Below, in pieces: positions 8,400-19,770 of a stretch of DNA of 64,000 nt; the first letter of the stretch is position 1, and every line of letters starts with the position of its first letter. The DNA lies in assembly GCA_964466035.1 (NCBI GenBank), contig CAYXLR010000002.1, forward strand, positions 67,206-131,205, given 5' to 3'. The notes under the pieces are model-generated. The model had not been told where the DNA came from. It saw only the letters and a list, made by a program, of their open reading frames with translations, and ran no database searches. The position numbers and the translations under genes are program-made. This stretch comes from an uncultured Thermotogae bacterium (GTDB lineage Bacteria > Bipolaricaulota > Bipolaricaulia > UBA7950 > UBA9294).

Positions 8400-11300
8400 T
8401 CACACTGTATCAGCCAACTCCAAGTAACGACAAAACGAGTTGGCTAGCATCATCTGTCGCGGAGTGCGACACTCAGGCCGGAAGAGCAATGGGCTTGACA
8501 CCAGGATGCACGCACACCGCGCCCTAGACGTCGCGACGTTGATGCGGCTCTGGCTGTACAAGAACTCCATCCCGCGCGGAGCTTCCTCAGGAGATGAAGT
8601 AGCCGTCGAGTAGATCACTATAGGCGCCTCCTGTCCCTGGAACTTATCGACAGTGCCGACTCGTGCTCTTTCCGGTAGTTCCTCCAATAGGTCGGCAACT
8701 TGCGCGTTGTATGGCGCAACGATGAGTATGTCTTCCAGGGAGACTGGGAGCATCTGCCCATCCTTGTCCCGCCACGAGGTTCTACCGTCCACTAGCTCGG
8801 AGACCAAGCGCGCCACTGCACTTACCTCCTCAGGAGAGTCGTTCCGATTCCCTTCGTGAACTACTGGGGAGTACCACAGGCCCGCACCGCGGATCGGGGT
8901 TCCTCCAACCACCTCCTGCCGATGAAGGTTTGCCTGTGAGCGAAGACGGCTCTCGTAGAACATCTCGGATGTGTATCCGCATATGGTGGGATGAAGTCTC
9001 CATGTCGTTTCGAGGAACAGACCTCGATCTGGTGGAAGCGTTGCATGCCCTGCCAGTAAATGCTCGAGCGCGCTGACATCGGTCCCGTCCGGGTGGCTCC
9101 CACGCTTTGGCTGCTCGAGTTGCTGCGGATCGCCTAGTAGTACAACGGATGTCGCTGCTTGTGAAACAGCCAAGACGTTAGCAAGCGACATCTGCCCGGC
9201 TTCATCGACGAAGAGGATGTCGACTGAGCCATCAGCCTCCTCGCGCGCCCATAGCCATGCCGTTCCTGCAGCAACGTCAACCTCACCGCTCGACAGCAGT
9301 GCGAAGACCTTCTCGTTAGACGTAGTCTCAGTGATCCCTTCAGGAGGCTCCTCTTCCGACTTCCGGGTGGCTTTCTGGACGCAGCGGATGCCCCTTCCTG
9401 CTTCGTAGGCTGCCTCGAGAGTGGCGTCCAGCAAGTTACGGATGACCTTGTGGCTGACTGCTGTAATGCCAACCTTCTTCCCAGCTACCACCGCTTCGCA
9501 GATCATCCTCGCACCTATGAACGTCTTGCCGGAACCTGGTGGCCCTTGGATTGGCAACACGCCAGCGTCGAGTTCGTGGACCAGCTTGCGGGCCGCATCA
9601 AGCGCAGTGGGTGCCGCTTCGAGATGTTCGGAAATCGGTCCGCCGCGAAGGCGCGGCGGCAGTCCAAGCAGCAGATCCCGCCCCGCACGATGCTCTCCCG
9701 GTTCATCAACCTGATGCTCTGCCACCCACTCACCGACCCGAAGCAATGCATCTTGGAGCACACTGGTCCTGACGGCATCATGAGTGAAGACCGTCTTGGG
9801 ATGGATATCAGCAATCGATGGCCCCTTCTTGATGTCAACGAGGCGCCGTGCTTGGTCAATGGCAGCTACTTCTCCGAATCCCGAGTTCTCCCCGTCGCCG
9901 CGTCGAAGCCGGTCACCGGGTCGGATCTTGGTTTCTTGGGGCGGGAAACGATACCTGTCAACGAAGCTCTTCTTGATTTGCTCAACACGCTTCACGAACT
10001 CCAGCCCCGCGATGGCCGCTCGTTCATCGAGCAGCTCCTCATCAGTGAGGCCGACGAGCCTGTAGAACTCCCACCAGACCGCCTTCTCCTCTCTGCGATG
10101 CCACTCCAGGAGCTGCGCGAGAGTCCAGACTGCCTGCTGCTCCCTGTCTCGCTCACGCTTATCCACTGGCAGATCCCGGGTTAGCCTCTTGGCCAACTCC
10201 CTTGCGCGAGTGATGACCTCTTCGAGTTCCTCGCTCGGTCTGCCGTCACTGTGTTGAGGTCTGGGGATTCTCTTCCCCTCCTGGACCAGATCCGTTCGCA
10301 GATCCTCCAGCCAGCTACGCAAGCGCAGCGTAGACAAGCAGTCATCTCGGTTGTAGCCCTCAACAGCATCCCGGACTTCCTCGGGGATTGATTCAGCCGC
10401 GCCGAACTCCAGGGCGTACTCCAAGGCTTGCATGTGACGGGCGGCAGCTCTTAAGTCAACAGAGCGATCGAAACCGAAAAACGGCTCAAGGTCCTTGATC
10501 GAGTACGACTCAACACTTGCACGAAGGGATTGACGAACAATGGCGTACAGGTCGACGAATCGCTCTCCACGAAGAAGCCGATCGACTTCATCCTCCCGTG
10601 TCGCGTGACGCCCCATCAGGCGTTTGATTGCCGACGGCTCGTACGGTGCGTAGTGGTAGATGTGGAATCCGCTATCCGCCTCCCATCGCTCAATCGCGTC
10701 ATCCACGAAGCTTTCAAAGGCCTGCTTCTCGGCCGCTGGTGTCAGGCCCCAGAGCGACTCGTACTGCGGCTTCCCGTCGCCATCGAGAGACACAACCCCA
10801 AACAGGTACTCCAGTCCCTCCTCACCAACGAATCGCGCGCCTTCGAAGTCGAAGAAGATGTCAACCGGTGTTGGCTCTGGAAGACGGGACAACCCGAACC
10901 CTTCTTCCGGCTCAAGCATCTCGTGTACAGGTTCACCGCGCTCGCGTCCCGCAAGCTGCACGCGGGCCTGATCGCGGATCTTCGCATAGCCCTCGTGAGA
11001 TCCCCTCGTCGGCCTCGGATCAAGCGGGAGTTCCGCCGAGGCTAGTGCGGCAAGCGTATTGACACCTCTGGCCTGTAGCTCCGCGATCTGCATCTTGCTG
11101 ATGCTGGCAACCAAGGACAGGTGGTCATCAGCATGGCGACGTGTGTCACACTCCTGCCACCAGCGGCAGATGTCGCATTGCTCGCACGGTTCTGGATAAG
11201 TCTCACCACCACTCCAGTCTCCCTTCTTCACTACGGACTGAGCTTGGGCACGCACTAGGCGGTAGTAAGCCATGTAGTTGGCGACTCGATAGCTCTCCGG

Positions 11301-11831
11301 TACGAAGTCGACCCCCGGAGGAACGACGTGCATCTGCTCAGGCAAGCAGCCTTGGATACCCGCAAGGATGTCGGAGTAGAGACAGAGCTGGAGTATGGTG
11401 CGCCCTCGCGTCTCACGCGCCAGTTTCGTGTCGAGTGCTTCGTACGAGTACTCTCCAAGGTTCGGAGAGGGCGTAGCGACTCGTCGAAGGACATCGGCGC
11501 GCCCCATCCAGCCATTGCTGAGTAGGGTTGCCTGGGTAATGACCTCCGTGCCGCGCTTCATCTCCGCGAGCGTTGCGGCAAACTGCGCACGAGTGTCACC
11601 AGTCTCCCGCAGCTCAGCGACTGCGCATCCCTTCTTCTTCAGGTGCCCAATGTAGGCAGCCTCGTGCTCGTAGCCGCGTTGCTGGAGCGCCTCAAGTGCC
11701 GGATCCGAATAGCCAGGGGCCTCGAGATCGCCCCGCGCCACAAGTAGATCGAGGCGAGTCAAGTGCTGACACCCTAGGTGATTCGCAAGATCGCTGGCAG
11801 TTAGCTGAACGGTGTTTTCCGAGACTCGCAT
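8400..11831 (-). CDS. Multidomain RecB/Cas4-like nuclease (TM0106-type), RNase-H-like domain and SF1 (DNA2/Upf1-like) helicase, 1143 aa
   Basis: The N-terminus has PD-(D/E)xK-like motifs (GRADVL, EALDTKL, QLCLYSDIL) and a Cys cluster (CEQCDICRWWQEC). The middle has DnaQ/RNase-H-like motifs (IFFDFEG, HYAPYE, YNRDDC). The C-terminus has SF1 motifs (GPPGSGKTF, DEAGQMS, LLGDPQQL, VDKFQGQE, NVATSRAR). Confidence 0.85.
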   Translation of the reverse strand: MRVSENTVQLTASDLANHLGCQHLTRLDLLVARGDLEAPGYSDPALEALQQRGYEHEAAYIGHLKKKGCAVAELRETGDTRAQFAATLAEMKRGTEVITQATLLSNGWMGRADVLRRVATPSPNLGEYSYEALDTKLARETRGRTILQLCLYSDILAGIQGCLPEQMHVVPPGVDFVPESYRVANYMAYYRLVRAQAQSVVKKGDWSGGETYPEPCEQCDICRWWQECDTRRHADDHLSLVASISKMQIAELQARGVNTLAALASAELPLDPRPTRGSHEGYAKIRDQARVQLAGRERGEPVHEMLEPEEGFGLSRLPEPTPVDIFFDFEGARFVGEEGLEYLFGVVSLDGDGKPQYESLWGLTPAAEKQAFESFVDDAIERWEADSGFHIYHYAPYEPSAIKRLMGRHATREDEVDRLLRGERFVDLYAIVRQSLRASVESYSIKDLEPFFGFDRSVDLRAAARHMQALEYALEFGAAESIPEEVRDAVEGYNRDDCLSTLRLRSWLEDLRTDLVQEGKRIPRPQHSDGRPSEELEEVITRARELAKRLTRDLPVDKRERDREQQAVWTLAQLLEWHRREEKAVWWEFYRLVGLTDEELLDERAAIAGLEFVKRVEQIKKSFVDRYRFPPQETKIRPGDRLRRGDGENSGFGEVAAIDQARRLVDIKKGPSIADIHPKTVFTHDAVRTSVLQDALLRVGEWVAEHQVDEPGEHRAGRDLLLGLPPRLRGGPISEHLEAAPTALDAARKLVHELDAGVLPIQGPPGSGKTFIGARMICEAVVAGKKVGITAVSHKVIRNLLDATLEAAYEAGRGIRCVQKATRKSEEEPPEGITETTSNEKVFALLSSGEVDVAAGTAWLWAREEADGSVDILFVDEAGQMSLANVLAVSQAATSVVLLGDPQQLEQPKRGSHPDGTDVSALEHLLAGHATLPPDRGLFLETTWRLHPTICGYTSEMFYESRLRSQANLHRQEVVGGTPIRGAGLWYSPVVHEGNRNDSPEEVSAVARLVSELVDGRTSWRDKDGQMLPVSLEDILIVAPYNAQVADLLEELPERARVGTVDKFQGQEAPIVIYSTATSSPEEAPRGMEFLYSQSRINVATSRARCACILVSSPLLFRPECRTPRQMMLANSFCRYLELADTV

Positions 11832-11841
11832 GCGTGTCTAT

Positions 11842-11850
11842 ATCATAGCA
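11842..11850 (-). promoter_or_regulatory. Candidate extended -10 promoter (TGcTATGAT) for the defence-gene string
   Basis: The minus strand reads TGCTATGATATAGACACGCATG. The -10 ends 10 nt before the ATG at 11831, implying a nearly leaderless mRNA. No good -35 element was seen. Confidence 0.35.
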
Positions 11851-12019
11851 TGTGATTGTTCCGACCGCATTGGCGAGTTCATGATGCCCCAGACAGCAGG
11901 ACTCGACCGAGTAGCTGTTGCTTCACACAGCAACTGGAGAACGCGGTTATGTGATACGCCGTCCGTGCAAACAGCGTATTCAAGTGCTTGCTCCTCCTCA
12001 GCTGGCTTCTGGATCTGAC

Positions 12020-12721
12020 CTACTCCATAAGTAGCGACGCGGCTTCCTCGTCGACCAGGAACGTCACGGTTCCGTCCGTTGGCTGAACCAACCCGGCGGG
12101 CACGGGGCTTCCCGATTCGACGGCTCGGACGGCGTCTGCCTTTTCCGCGCCGGTTACGAGGAAGAGGACGTGCCGCGCGGCGTTGATCAGCGGGAGCGTC
12201 ATCGTGATCCGCCACGGCGGCTCGGCCAGGGCGTGCACCGGGACGATCCATCGATCGGTTTCGCTCAGCGCCTGATGCCTCGGAAAGAGCGACGCGGTGT
12301 GGCCGTCCGCGCCGATCCCGAGCAGGATCAGATCGAGCCGACCGTCGGCTCCGACGACGCGGCGAAGCTCGATCTCGTACGCGTCGGCCGCGGCGAGCGG
12401 ATCGAGCTCCCCCGCGATGCGATGGATCCGGTCCGCGGGGATCGGGACGCGATCGAGGAGCGCCTCGCGGGCCGACCGGTAATTGCTCCGCGGGTCGGTC
12501 GGCGGGACGCAGCGCTCGTCGGCCCAGAAGACGTCGACGGCGGCCCAATCGAGTTCCGCCGACGTGGCGAGGCGCTCGTACAGCGGGCGCGGCGTCTTTC
12601 CGCCGGAGAGCGCGACGAGGAACCGGCCTCGCTCGCGGATCGCCTCGGCGCCGATCCGGACGAACCGTTCAACGGCGTGTGCGAACAGGGCCTCCCGCGC
12701 GTCGAAGCGTACGAGTTTCAT
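12020..12721 (-). CDS. pgl: 6-phosphogluconolactonase
   Basis: The N-terminus MKLVRFD...FLVALSGGKTPRPLYERLA is typical of Pgl/NagB-fold lactonases. It sits 3 nt downstream of zwf. Confidence 0.85.
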   Translation of the reverse strand: MKLVRFDAREALFAHAVERFVRIGAEAIRERGRFLVALSGGKTPRPLYERLATSAELDWAAVDVFWADERCVPPTDPRSNYRSAREALLDRVPIPADRIHRIAGELDPLAAADAYEIELRRVVGADGRLDLILLGIGADGHTASLFPRHQALSETDRWIVPVHALAEPPWRITMTLPLINAARHVLFLVTGAEKADAVRAVESGSPVPAGLVQPTDGTVTFLVDEEAASLLME

Positions 12722-12724
12722 CGT

Positions 12725-14221
12725 TCACTCATTGCGCCAGTGCCGCCCGGCGGCGTCGAACAATCGATCCGCCTCCTTCGGCCCCCACGTCCCGGTGCGG
12801 TAGCGGATCGGCTCGACGTCGATTCGCAGAAGCGGGTCGACCAGTCCCCACGACAGCTCGACCTCGTCGCAGCGAATGAACAGCGACGGGTCGCCGTTGA
12901 GGGCGTCGAGGAGGAGGCGCTCGTAGGCGTCCGGCAGCCCGACCTCGCCGAAGTGGTCCGCGTAGTGGTAGGCCATGTCGACGGGGTGGGTTTGCATCCC
13001 CCCGCCGGGGACCTTGGTCTCGAATCGGAGGTGAACCCCCTCGTCGGGCTGGATCTGCAGCGAGATCCGATTCGGGGTCGGCTCGCGGCCCTGCGGGAAG
13101 AGCCGATGGGGGACGTCCTTGAACTGGAGCCTGACTTCGCTCTTCTTCTCGCGGAGCCGCTTCCCGGAGCGGAGGTAGAACGGCACCCCCCGCCATCGCC
13201 AGTTGTCGACGTACAGGCGGAGCGCGGCGTACGTCGGCGTCCGCGAATCGGGGGCGACGCCCTCCTCGTCCGGGTATCCGGCGTATTGGCCGAGGACGAG
13301 ATCGCCCTCCTCGATCGGGCGCGCGGCTTCGAGAACCTTGACCTTCTCGTCGCGGAGGGCCTTCGCCGAAGAGGAGCTCGGCGGCTCCAACGCCACCAGC
13401 GTGAGGAGCTGAAGAAGGTGGTTCTGAACGATGTCCCGGAGGACCCCCGCTTGATCGTAGTACTCGGCGCGGTGCTCGACGCCGAGCGACTCGGCGACGG
13501 TGATCTGGACGTGATCGATGTAGTCCCGATTCCAAAGCGGCTCGAAGATCGCGTTGGCGAACCGGAATGCGAGGATGTTCTGGACCGTCTCCTTGCCGAG
13601 ATAGTGGTCGATGCGAAGGACCTGCGATTCGTCGAAGACGCCGTGGACGATCCGATTGAGATCCTGCGCGGAGATCAAATCGTGGCCGAACGGCTTCTCG
13701 AACACGATCCGCCGCCATCCGACGCCCGGCCCGGCGAGCCCGACGTCTCCGAGCCTCTGGACGATCGCCGCGGTCGCGGTCGGGGGCGTGGCGAGGTAGA
13801 AGAGGAGGTTTCCGTCCGTCTCGCGCGCGAGGTCGTTCGACCGGAGGTGCTCCGCCAGGCGGACGAAGCCGGCGGCGTCCATGTCCGGCGTGCGGAAGTA
13901 GCTGAAGTTCCGCTCGAACCGCGACCAGAGATCGCACAGCTTCGGGTCCGGCTTCAATCGGGCGTACGCCTTCACCCCTTCGAACAGGCGCCCGCGAAAC
14001 GTTTCGTCGTCGAGCTCCCGTCGCCCGACGCCGACGACCCGCGTGCGCGGGGAGAGCCGGCCGGCGCAGGCGAGGCTGTGCAGCGCCGGGGCGAGCTTCC
14101 GCTGCGCCAGGTCGCCGGACGCCCCGAAGATGACGACCGCGGCGGGCGGGGTCCGAGCAACGCTCGAACCCTTCACGACGGTCCCGCGTTCCGACGTCGT
14201 CGGTCCGCGATTCTCGCTCAC
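12725..14221 (-). CDS. zwf: Glucose-6-phosphate 1-dehydrogenase
   Basis: It carries the dinucleotide-binding motif [14 protein letters not shown] and the active-site block RIDHYLGKE. The track ORF (12725..14896) is over-extended. A GTG at 14221 overlaps the rpiA stop (GTGA) and gives 498 aa. Confidence 0.9.
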   Translation of the reverse strand: MSENRGPTTSERGTVVKGSSVARTPPAAVVIFGASGDLAQRKLAPALHSLACAGRLSPRTRVVGVGRRELDDETFRGRLFEGVKAYARLKPDPKLCDLWSRFERNFSYFRTPDMDAAGFVRLAEHLRSNDLARETDGNLLFYLATPPTATAAIVQRLGDVGLAGPGVGWRRIVFEKPFGHDLISAQDLNRIVHGVFDESQVLRIDHYLGKETVQNILAFRFANAIFEPLWNRDYIDHVQITVAESLGVEHRAEYYDQAGVLRDIVQNHLLQLLTLVALEPPSSSSAKALRDEKVKVLEAARPIEEGDLVLGQYAGYPDEEGVAPDSRTPTYAALRLYVDNWRWRGVPFYLRSGKRLREKKSEVRLQFKDVPHRLFPQGREPTPNRISLQIQPDEGVHLRFETKVPGGGMQTHPVDMAYHYADHFGEVGLPDAYERLLLDALNGDPSLFIRCDEVELSWGLVDPLLRIDVEPIRYRTGTWGPKEADRLFDAAGRHWRNE

Positions 14222-14928
14222 GGCGCGATGACCTCCGACAGGTCCGATCCCTTGGCGAAGTGCTCGACGCCTCGCTCCGTCGCGACGACGAGGTCGGTGG
14301 CGAGGTCGATGAACAGCCCGTGGGCGACGACGCCAGGGCGCGCGTCGAGCCGCATCGCCAGCTCGGACGGTCGCTCGATCGGACCGAAGTCGCAGTCGAG
14401 GATGAAGTTGCGTTGGTCGGTGAGGAACGGGTCTTCGCCGCCGCGACGGAGGACGTGCGCGCCGAGCGATTCGAGGGCGGCGACCTCGACGGTCCAGGCG
14501 AACGGGACGACCTCGACCGGAAGCGCGAATCGGGTCCCCAGGCGGGGCGACAGCTTCGAGCGGTCGACGACGATGATCTCCCGTTCGCTCGCGTCGGCGA
14601 CGATCTTCTCCCGGAGGAGGGCGCCGCCGCCGCCCTTGATCAGGTTCATCTCCGCGTCGACCTCGTCGGCGCCGTCGATCGTCAGATCGATCGTCGGCCT
14701 TTCGTCGAGCGTCGTGAGGGGGATTCCGAGCCGCTCCGCCTGCCGCGCGACGTCCTCCGAGCACGGCACGCAGAGGACGTCCACGAGCCCGCCGCTTCGT
14801 AGGCGCTCGGCGATCCGCTCGACGGCGAACGCCGCGGTCGTGCCGTGGCCGAGGCCGACGGTCATCCCGCTCTCGACGAATTCGGCCGCCCGCCACGCGG
14901 CCCGGCGCTTCTGCTCGGCGACGTCCAT
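14218..14928 (-). CDS. rpiA: Ribose-5-phosphate isomerase A
   Basis: It carries [15 protein letters not shown] and [11 protein letters not shown] motifs. Only the last 236 aa of the 805-aa track ORF are real, with the ATG at 14928, 2 nt after the pgi stop. Confidence 0.9.
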   Translation of the reverse strand: MDVAEQKRRAAWRAAEFVESGMTVGLGHGTTAAFAVERIAERLRSGGLVDVLCVPCSEDVARQAERLGIPLTTLDERPTIDLTIDGADEVDAEMNLIKGGGGALLREKIVADASEREIIVVDRSKLSPRLGTRFALPVEVVPFAWTVEVAALESLGAHVLRRGGEDPFLTDQRNFILDCDFGPIERPSELAMRLDARPGVVAHGLFIDLATDLVVATERGVEHFAKGSDLSEVIAP

Positions 14929-14930
14929 CC

Positions 14931-16577
14931 TCAGCCTCCTTCCTCGAGCTCCTTGGCGACCCGGCGGATCGCCTCGGCCGCGTCCGCGGGGACGGCGTAC
15001 GTCGAGACTTGGCGCCCGGCGTCGAGGAGCGCCCGCCGGTCGCCTCCGGCCTGCGCGGAGATGAGCGTCCCGAACGTCAGCGCTGACCCCGAGCTTTCGC
15101 CTTCGCCGGGGATCGGCAGGTCCGCGTCGTGCGGGGAGACGAGCTGGACGAAGCGTCCGTTTCCTCGATCCCCCTTGTGGAGCTGCCCGGTCGAGTGGAG
15201 GAAGCGGGGGCCGTAGCCGAACGTCGTCGCGAGGCCGAACCGGGCACGGAGTCCGACACGCAGCGCGGTGAAGGCGTCGGACAGCCGGTCGCTCGGCGGG
15301 AGGTACGCCTGCAGCGCGATGTAGTCCCCTTGTTCGGTGCCGGCGAGGGCGGCGACGAGCCCGTCGGCCGTGAGCGGCGTCGACTCGGTCGCGGGCGGGC
15401 GCCCGGTCCGTTGGAACCCGTCGACCAGCTCGCGGGCGAGCCGCTTCGCGGCCTCGACGTTCGGCTGATCGAACGGGTTGACCCGAAGAACGTGCGCGGC
15501 GACGGCCGTCGACAGCTCCCACAGGAAGAACTGCTCGCCGAGCGCGTAGAGGTCGTCGAGCTCGATCCGAATCACCGGGTGGCCGGCCCGTTCCAGCTCC
15601 GAGATTGCGCGCTCGTCCGGGCCTTTCCCCCCAAGTGAAAAAGAGACGAAGAGCCGATCGTCGCCGTACGCCGCCGGCGGGGCGACCGGCTCGCCGACGA
15701 CCGGGAGGATCCCCGTCTCCTCCTTGCCGGTGCTCTCGGCGATCAGCTGCTCGATCCAATCGCCGAAGCCGGCGATCCTCGGAGGAAAGAGGAACGTCGC
15801 TTTGTCGCGCCCGCCGAGTACCGAAGCGGCGAGGGTCGCTCCGATCCGGACGGCCGGGTTCTCGCCCAACGGCTCGTGCTTGGCGCATTCGATCGACGTC
15901 CTCTGCGCGTGTTCCAGGAGGCGCGCGACGTCGATCCCGAGAAGGGCGGCCGGGACCAGGCCGAAGAGCGACAGGGCCGCGTACCGGCCGCCGATGTTCG
16001 GGTCGTTGAGGAACGTCTCGCGGAAGCCGTGCCGCGCCGCGAGGTCGACGAGCGGACTGCCCGGATCGGTGATCGCGACGAACCGGCGTCCGGCCTTCGC
16101 CTCTCCTTCCGCCTTCCGAACCCGGTCGTGGAAGTACCGGAACAGGGAGAGCGTCTCCGTCGTCGTCCCGGACTTCGTCGCGACGAGGAACAACGTGCGG
16201 GACAGGTCGAGCCGGCGCTCGACGTCGGCGATCGCCGCCGGATGCGTCGTGTCGAGGACGGTCAGCGCGGGGTGCCCCGACGCCGGGCCGAACGCGCGGG
16301 CGAACACGTCCGGGGCGAGGCTGGAGCCGCCCATGCCGAACAGCAGGACGTGCTCGGTCCCGTCCGAGCGGACACCGTTCACGAAGGCGTCGAGCCGGTC
16401 GAGCTCCTGCACCATCGAGAACGGGGCGTGAAGCCAGCCGAGCCGGTTCGTGATCTCCGTCGGCTCCGGCTTCCAGACCGTGAAGTCGTGGGCCCAGATG
16501 CGGGACAGAATCCACTCGCGCTCGAACCGGGCCAGCAGTTCGTCGTAGCGGTCGGGTGGGTTCACGACGCGGATCAT
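14931..16577 (-). CDS. pgi: Glucose-6-phosphate isomerase
   Basis: SIS-domain motifs are present ([26 protein letters not shown]). The start is taken at MIRVVNPP (16577) and could be 16637. Confidence 0.85.
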   Translation of the reverse strand: MIRVVNPPDRYDELLARFEREWILSRIWAHDFTVWKPEPTEITNRLGWLHAPFSMVQELDRLDAFVNGVRSDGTEHVLLFGMGGSSLAPDVFARAFGPASGHPALTVLDTTHPAAIADVERRLDLSRTLFLVATKSGTTTETLSLFRYFHDRVRKAEGEAKAGRRFVAITDPGSPLVDLAARHGFRETFLNDPNIGGRYAALSLFGLVPAALLGIDVARLLEHAQRTSIECAKHEPLGENPAVRIGATLAASVLGGRDKATFLFPPRIAGFGDWIEQLIAESTGKEETGILPVVGEPVAPPAAYGDDRLFVSFSLGGKGPDERAISELERAGHPVIRIELDDLYALGEQFFLWELSTAVAAHVLRVNPFDQPNVEAAKRLARELVDGFQRTGRPPATESTPLTADGLVAALAGTEQGDYIALQAYLPPSDRLSDAFTALRVGLRARFGLATTFGYGPRFLHSTGQLHKGDRGNGRFVQLVSPHDADLPIPGEGESSGSALTFGTLISAQAGGDRRALLDAGRQVSTYAVPADAAEAIRRVAKELEEGG

Positions 16578-16698
16578 CCGCGGGCCTCCTCTCTTCTCTC
16601 CCGCCTTCGCCTGGCCCGTCGATGGAAGATACCACAAACGGTGCGGCGTCGACAGGGCGTCGGGGGAACGACCCCGCGAGCGGGTCCCGGCCTCCGCC

Positions 16699-17730
16699 TC
16701 ACGCCGCGAGGGATTCGATGCCGTGCCATGCGGCGCCGAGGAGGGCGGCGCGGGGGTTGAGGATCACGTGGACCGGGATCCTCTCGAGCAACGGCGCGAA
16801 GCGTCCCTTGGCGCGGATCGTCTCGAGGAAGCCCTCGTCCTGGAGGAAGGGGAGGATGCGAGGCGGGAGACCGCCGGCGAGGTAGATCCCTCCCGTCGCG
16901 AGGATCTTGAGCGCCAAGTTGCCCGCCTCGGCACCGAGGATCGAGACGAACGTACGAAGCGTCTCCTCGCAGAGCGCGGACCGTTTCTCGACGGCGGCGG
17001 AGACGATGAGAGGCGTCGGATCTGCGGCGTCGTTCAGTCGCTCGTCGAGCACCGCGGTCTCCTCGGTGCCGCGCCGGTCCCGGAGGAAGCGATAGACGTT
17101 CGGGATGCCGCTTCCGGAGGCGACCCGCTCGACGCTCACGTGCCCGAACTCCTCGCGCAGGAACGTCCACAGCTCGGCCTGCAGGCCGTCGTTCGGCGCG
17201 AAGTCGGCGTGCCCGCCCTCGGACGGGCGCGCGGTGTACCCCGTGCCGTTCCACGTCAAGTACGCCTCCCCTAGGCCGGTCCCGGGGGCGATCACCGCGA
17301 GCGGACCGTGCGGGTCGCGCTCTCCCGGATGGAGCGTGAGCAGGTCGAGCGGCGAGAGGTGCGGAATCGACCGGGCGATCGCCTCGAGGTCGTTGATCAG
17401 CACCGCCTGCTCGAGTCCGAAACGATCGGCGATCCGCTGCGCGTCGATCTCCCAGGGAAGGTTGGTGACCCGGGCGCGCTCCCCGGCGATCGGTCCGGCG
17501 ACGGCGAAGAAAGCCCGGACGGCGGGCCGGTCGGTTTCGGTCAGAAAGGATTCGATGATCGATTCGAGGTCGCCGTAGTCCCGGCTCGCGTAGGTCCGCT
17601 CGGCGACGGCCTGATCCGTGTCGGGCCCGCCCGCGAACAGGGCGAGGACCGTTTTGGTCCCCCCGACGTCCCCGGCGAGAAGGCATCGACGCGGGTCCGG
17701 CTCGGATCGTCCGCCTGCTTGGGTCTCCAT
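16699..17730 (-). CDS. glk: Glucokinase (Glk family)
   Basis: It has the N-terminal LLAGDVGGTKTVLALF motif and the C-terminal GGIYLAGGLPPRILPFL motif. Confidence 0.85.
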   Translation of the reverse strand: METQAGGRSEPDPRRCLLAGDVGGTKTVLALFAGGPDTDQAVAERTYASRDYGDLESIIESFLTETDRPAVRAFFAVAGPIAGERARVTNLPWEIDAQRIADRFGLEQAVLINDLEAIARSIPHLSPLDLLTLHPGERDPHGPLAVIAPGTGLGEAYLTWNGTGYTARPSEGGHADFAPNDGLQAELWTFLREEFGHVSVERVASGSGIPNVYRFLRDRRGTEETAVLDERLNDAADPTPLIVSAAVEKRSALCEETLRTFVSILGAEAGNLALKILATGGIYLAGGLPPRILPFLQDEGFLETIRAKGRFAPLLERIPVHVILNPRAALLGAAWHGIESLAA

Positions 17731-17790
17731 GATCTCCGGAGACCGTAGCGGGAAGCCGGCGCTCAGGCAACCCCATCTGCAGGGCTTCGC

Positions 17791-18870
<1,080 letters not shown>

Positions 18871-18912
18871 TCCTCCTCCTTGATCGCCTTCTCCGTCCGA
18901 CCATTGTACTCA

Positions 18913-19770
18913 TTACCCCTTCACCGACCCAGCGAGAATCCCGCGGACGAAGTAGCGCTGCAGCGAGAAGAAGACGACGAGCGGCAGCGCCATCGAAACG
19001 AACGCGGCGGCCGTCAGCAGTTCCCAATCCTGTCCCCGATTGGTGACCAGATTCGCGATCGACACCGTCAGCGGCGCCACGTTCGGTCTGGCGCTCAAGT
19101 AGACGAGAGCGACGAGCAGGTCGTTCCAGATCCAAAGGAACTGAAAGATGAAAACCGACGCGAGCGCCGGAACCGAAATCGGGATCACGATCCGCCAGAA
19201 GGTCATCAGCGGTGACGCCCCGTCGATCGACGCCGAATCGAACAGGTCTTTGGGGATCCCGGCCATGAAGTTGTGAACCAGGTACGTCGTCAACGGAAGC
19301 CCGTACGCCGTGTGGGCGAGCCAGATGCCGGGGAAGGTCCCGGCGAGCTTCAGCTTGCTGTAGATCGGCAGGATCGGGATGAACGTCATCTGCAGCGGGA
19401 TGACCATGAGCCCAACAAGGAGCATGAACAGGATCTTCCGTCCGTTGAACCTCATCCAGGCGAAGCCGAACGCGGCGAACGACGCGATGAACGTCGAGAT
19501 CGCGGTGGCTGGAACACTGATGAACAGGCTGTTCAGGAACGAGCGCGCGAGACCCTCACCGCGCAGCACGCCGATGTAGTTCTCGAGCGAGAACTGCCCG
19601 CCACTGAACAGCTTCGGGAAGACGGTCCACCAGCCGGAGCCGGCGATGTTGGCCGGATCGCGGAACGAGGTGATGAGAAGGCCGAGCGTCGGGATGATCC
19701 AGATTGCGGCGAACACCAGGATCGTCAGGTGTAACGGCGTCTTGGCGATCAGCTTCCTTGGGTTCATCAT
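18913..19770 (-). CDS. Carbohydrate ABC transporter permease
   Basis: It has a multi-TM MalG-like layout with the EAA-like loop DSASIDGASPLMTFWRIVIP. The start MMNPRK at 19770 overlaps the upstream stop. Confidence 0.85.
   Translation of the reverse strand: MMNPRKLIAKTPLHLTILVFAAIWIIPTLGLLITSFRDPANIAGSGWWTVFPKLFSGGQFSLENYIGVLRGEGLARSFLNSLFISVPATAISTFIASFAAFGFAWMRFNGRKILFMLLVGLMVIPLQMTFIPILPIYSKLKLAGTFPGIWLAHTAYGLPLTTYLVHNFMAGIPKDLFDSASIDGASPLMTFWRIVIPISVPALASVFIFQFLWIWNDLLVALVYLSARPNVAPLTVSIANLVTNRGQDWELLTAAAFVSMALPLVVFFSLQRYFVRGILAGSVKG

Larger units (their letters stand above)
186..12019. other. Compositionally distinct accessory (defence) segment
   Basis: G+C is visibly lower and GC3 weaker than in genes from 12020 onward. 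The content is defence-type genes plus decayed fragments. No integrase, tRNA or flanking direct repeats were found, and the left limit is unknown because of the window edge. Confidence 0.5.

Noticed and set aside
12170-15064. A 964-aa plus-strand ORF, and many similar long ORFs: 12729..13937, 26243..27925, 28689..30344, 30692..32710, 36728..38143, 37602..39044, 39248..40879, 42210..43700, 44032..45453, 45484..47166, 48763..50604, 55120..56625, 57665..59167, 57882.., 58051..59883, 61233..63269.
   Set aside because: They lie antisense to, or out of frame with, genes that have clear family motifs. Their translations are Arg/Pro/Gly/Ala-rich low-complexity text typical of stop-codon depletion in very G+C-rich DNA. 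No motifs were recognised.
14929-16635. The N-terminal 569 aa of the 805-aa track ORF that ends as rpiA.
   Set aside because: This part overlaps pgi in another frame and is R/P/G-rich. Only the last 236 aa, from the ATG at 14928, look like RpiA.
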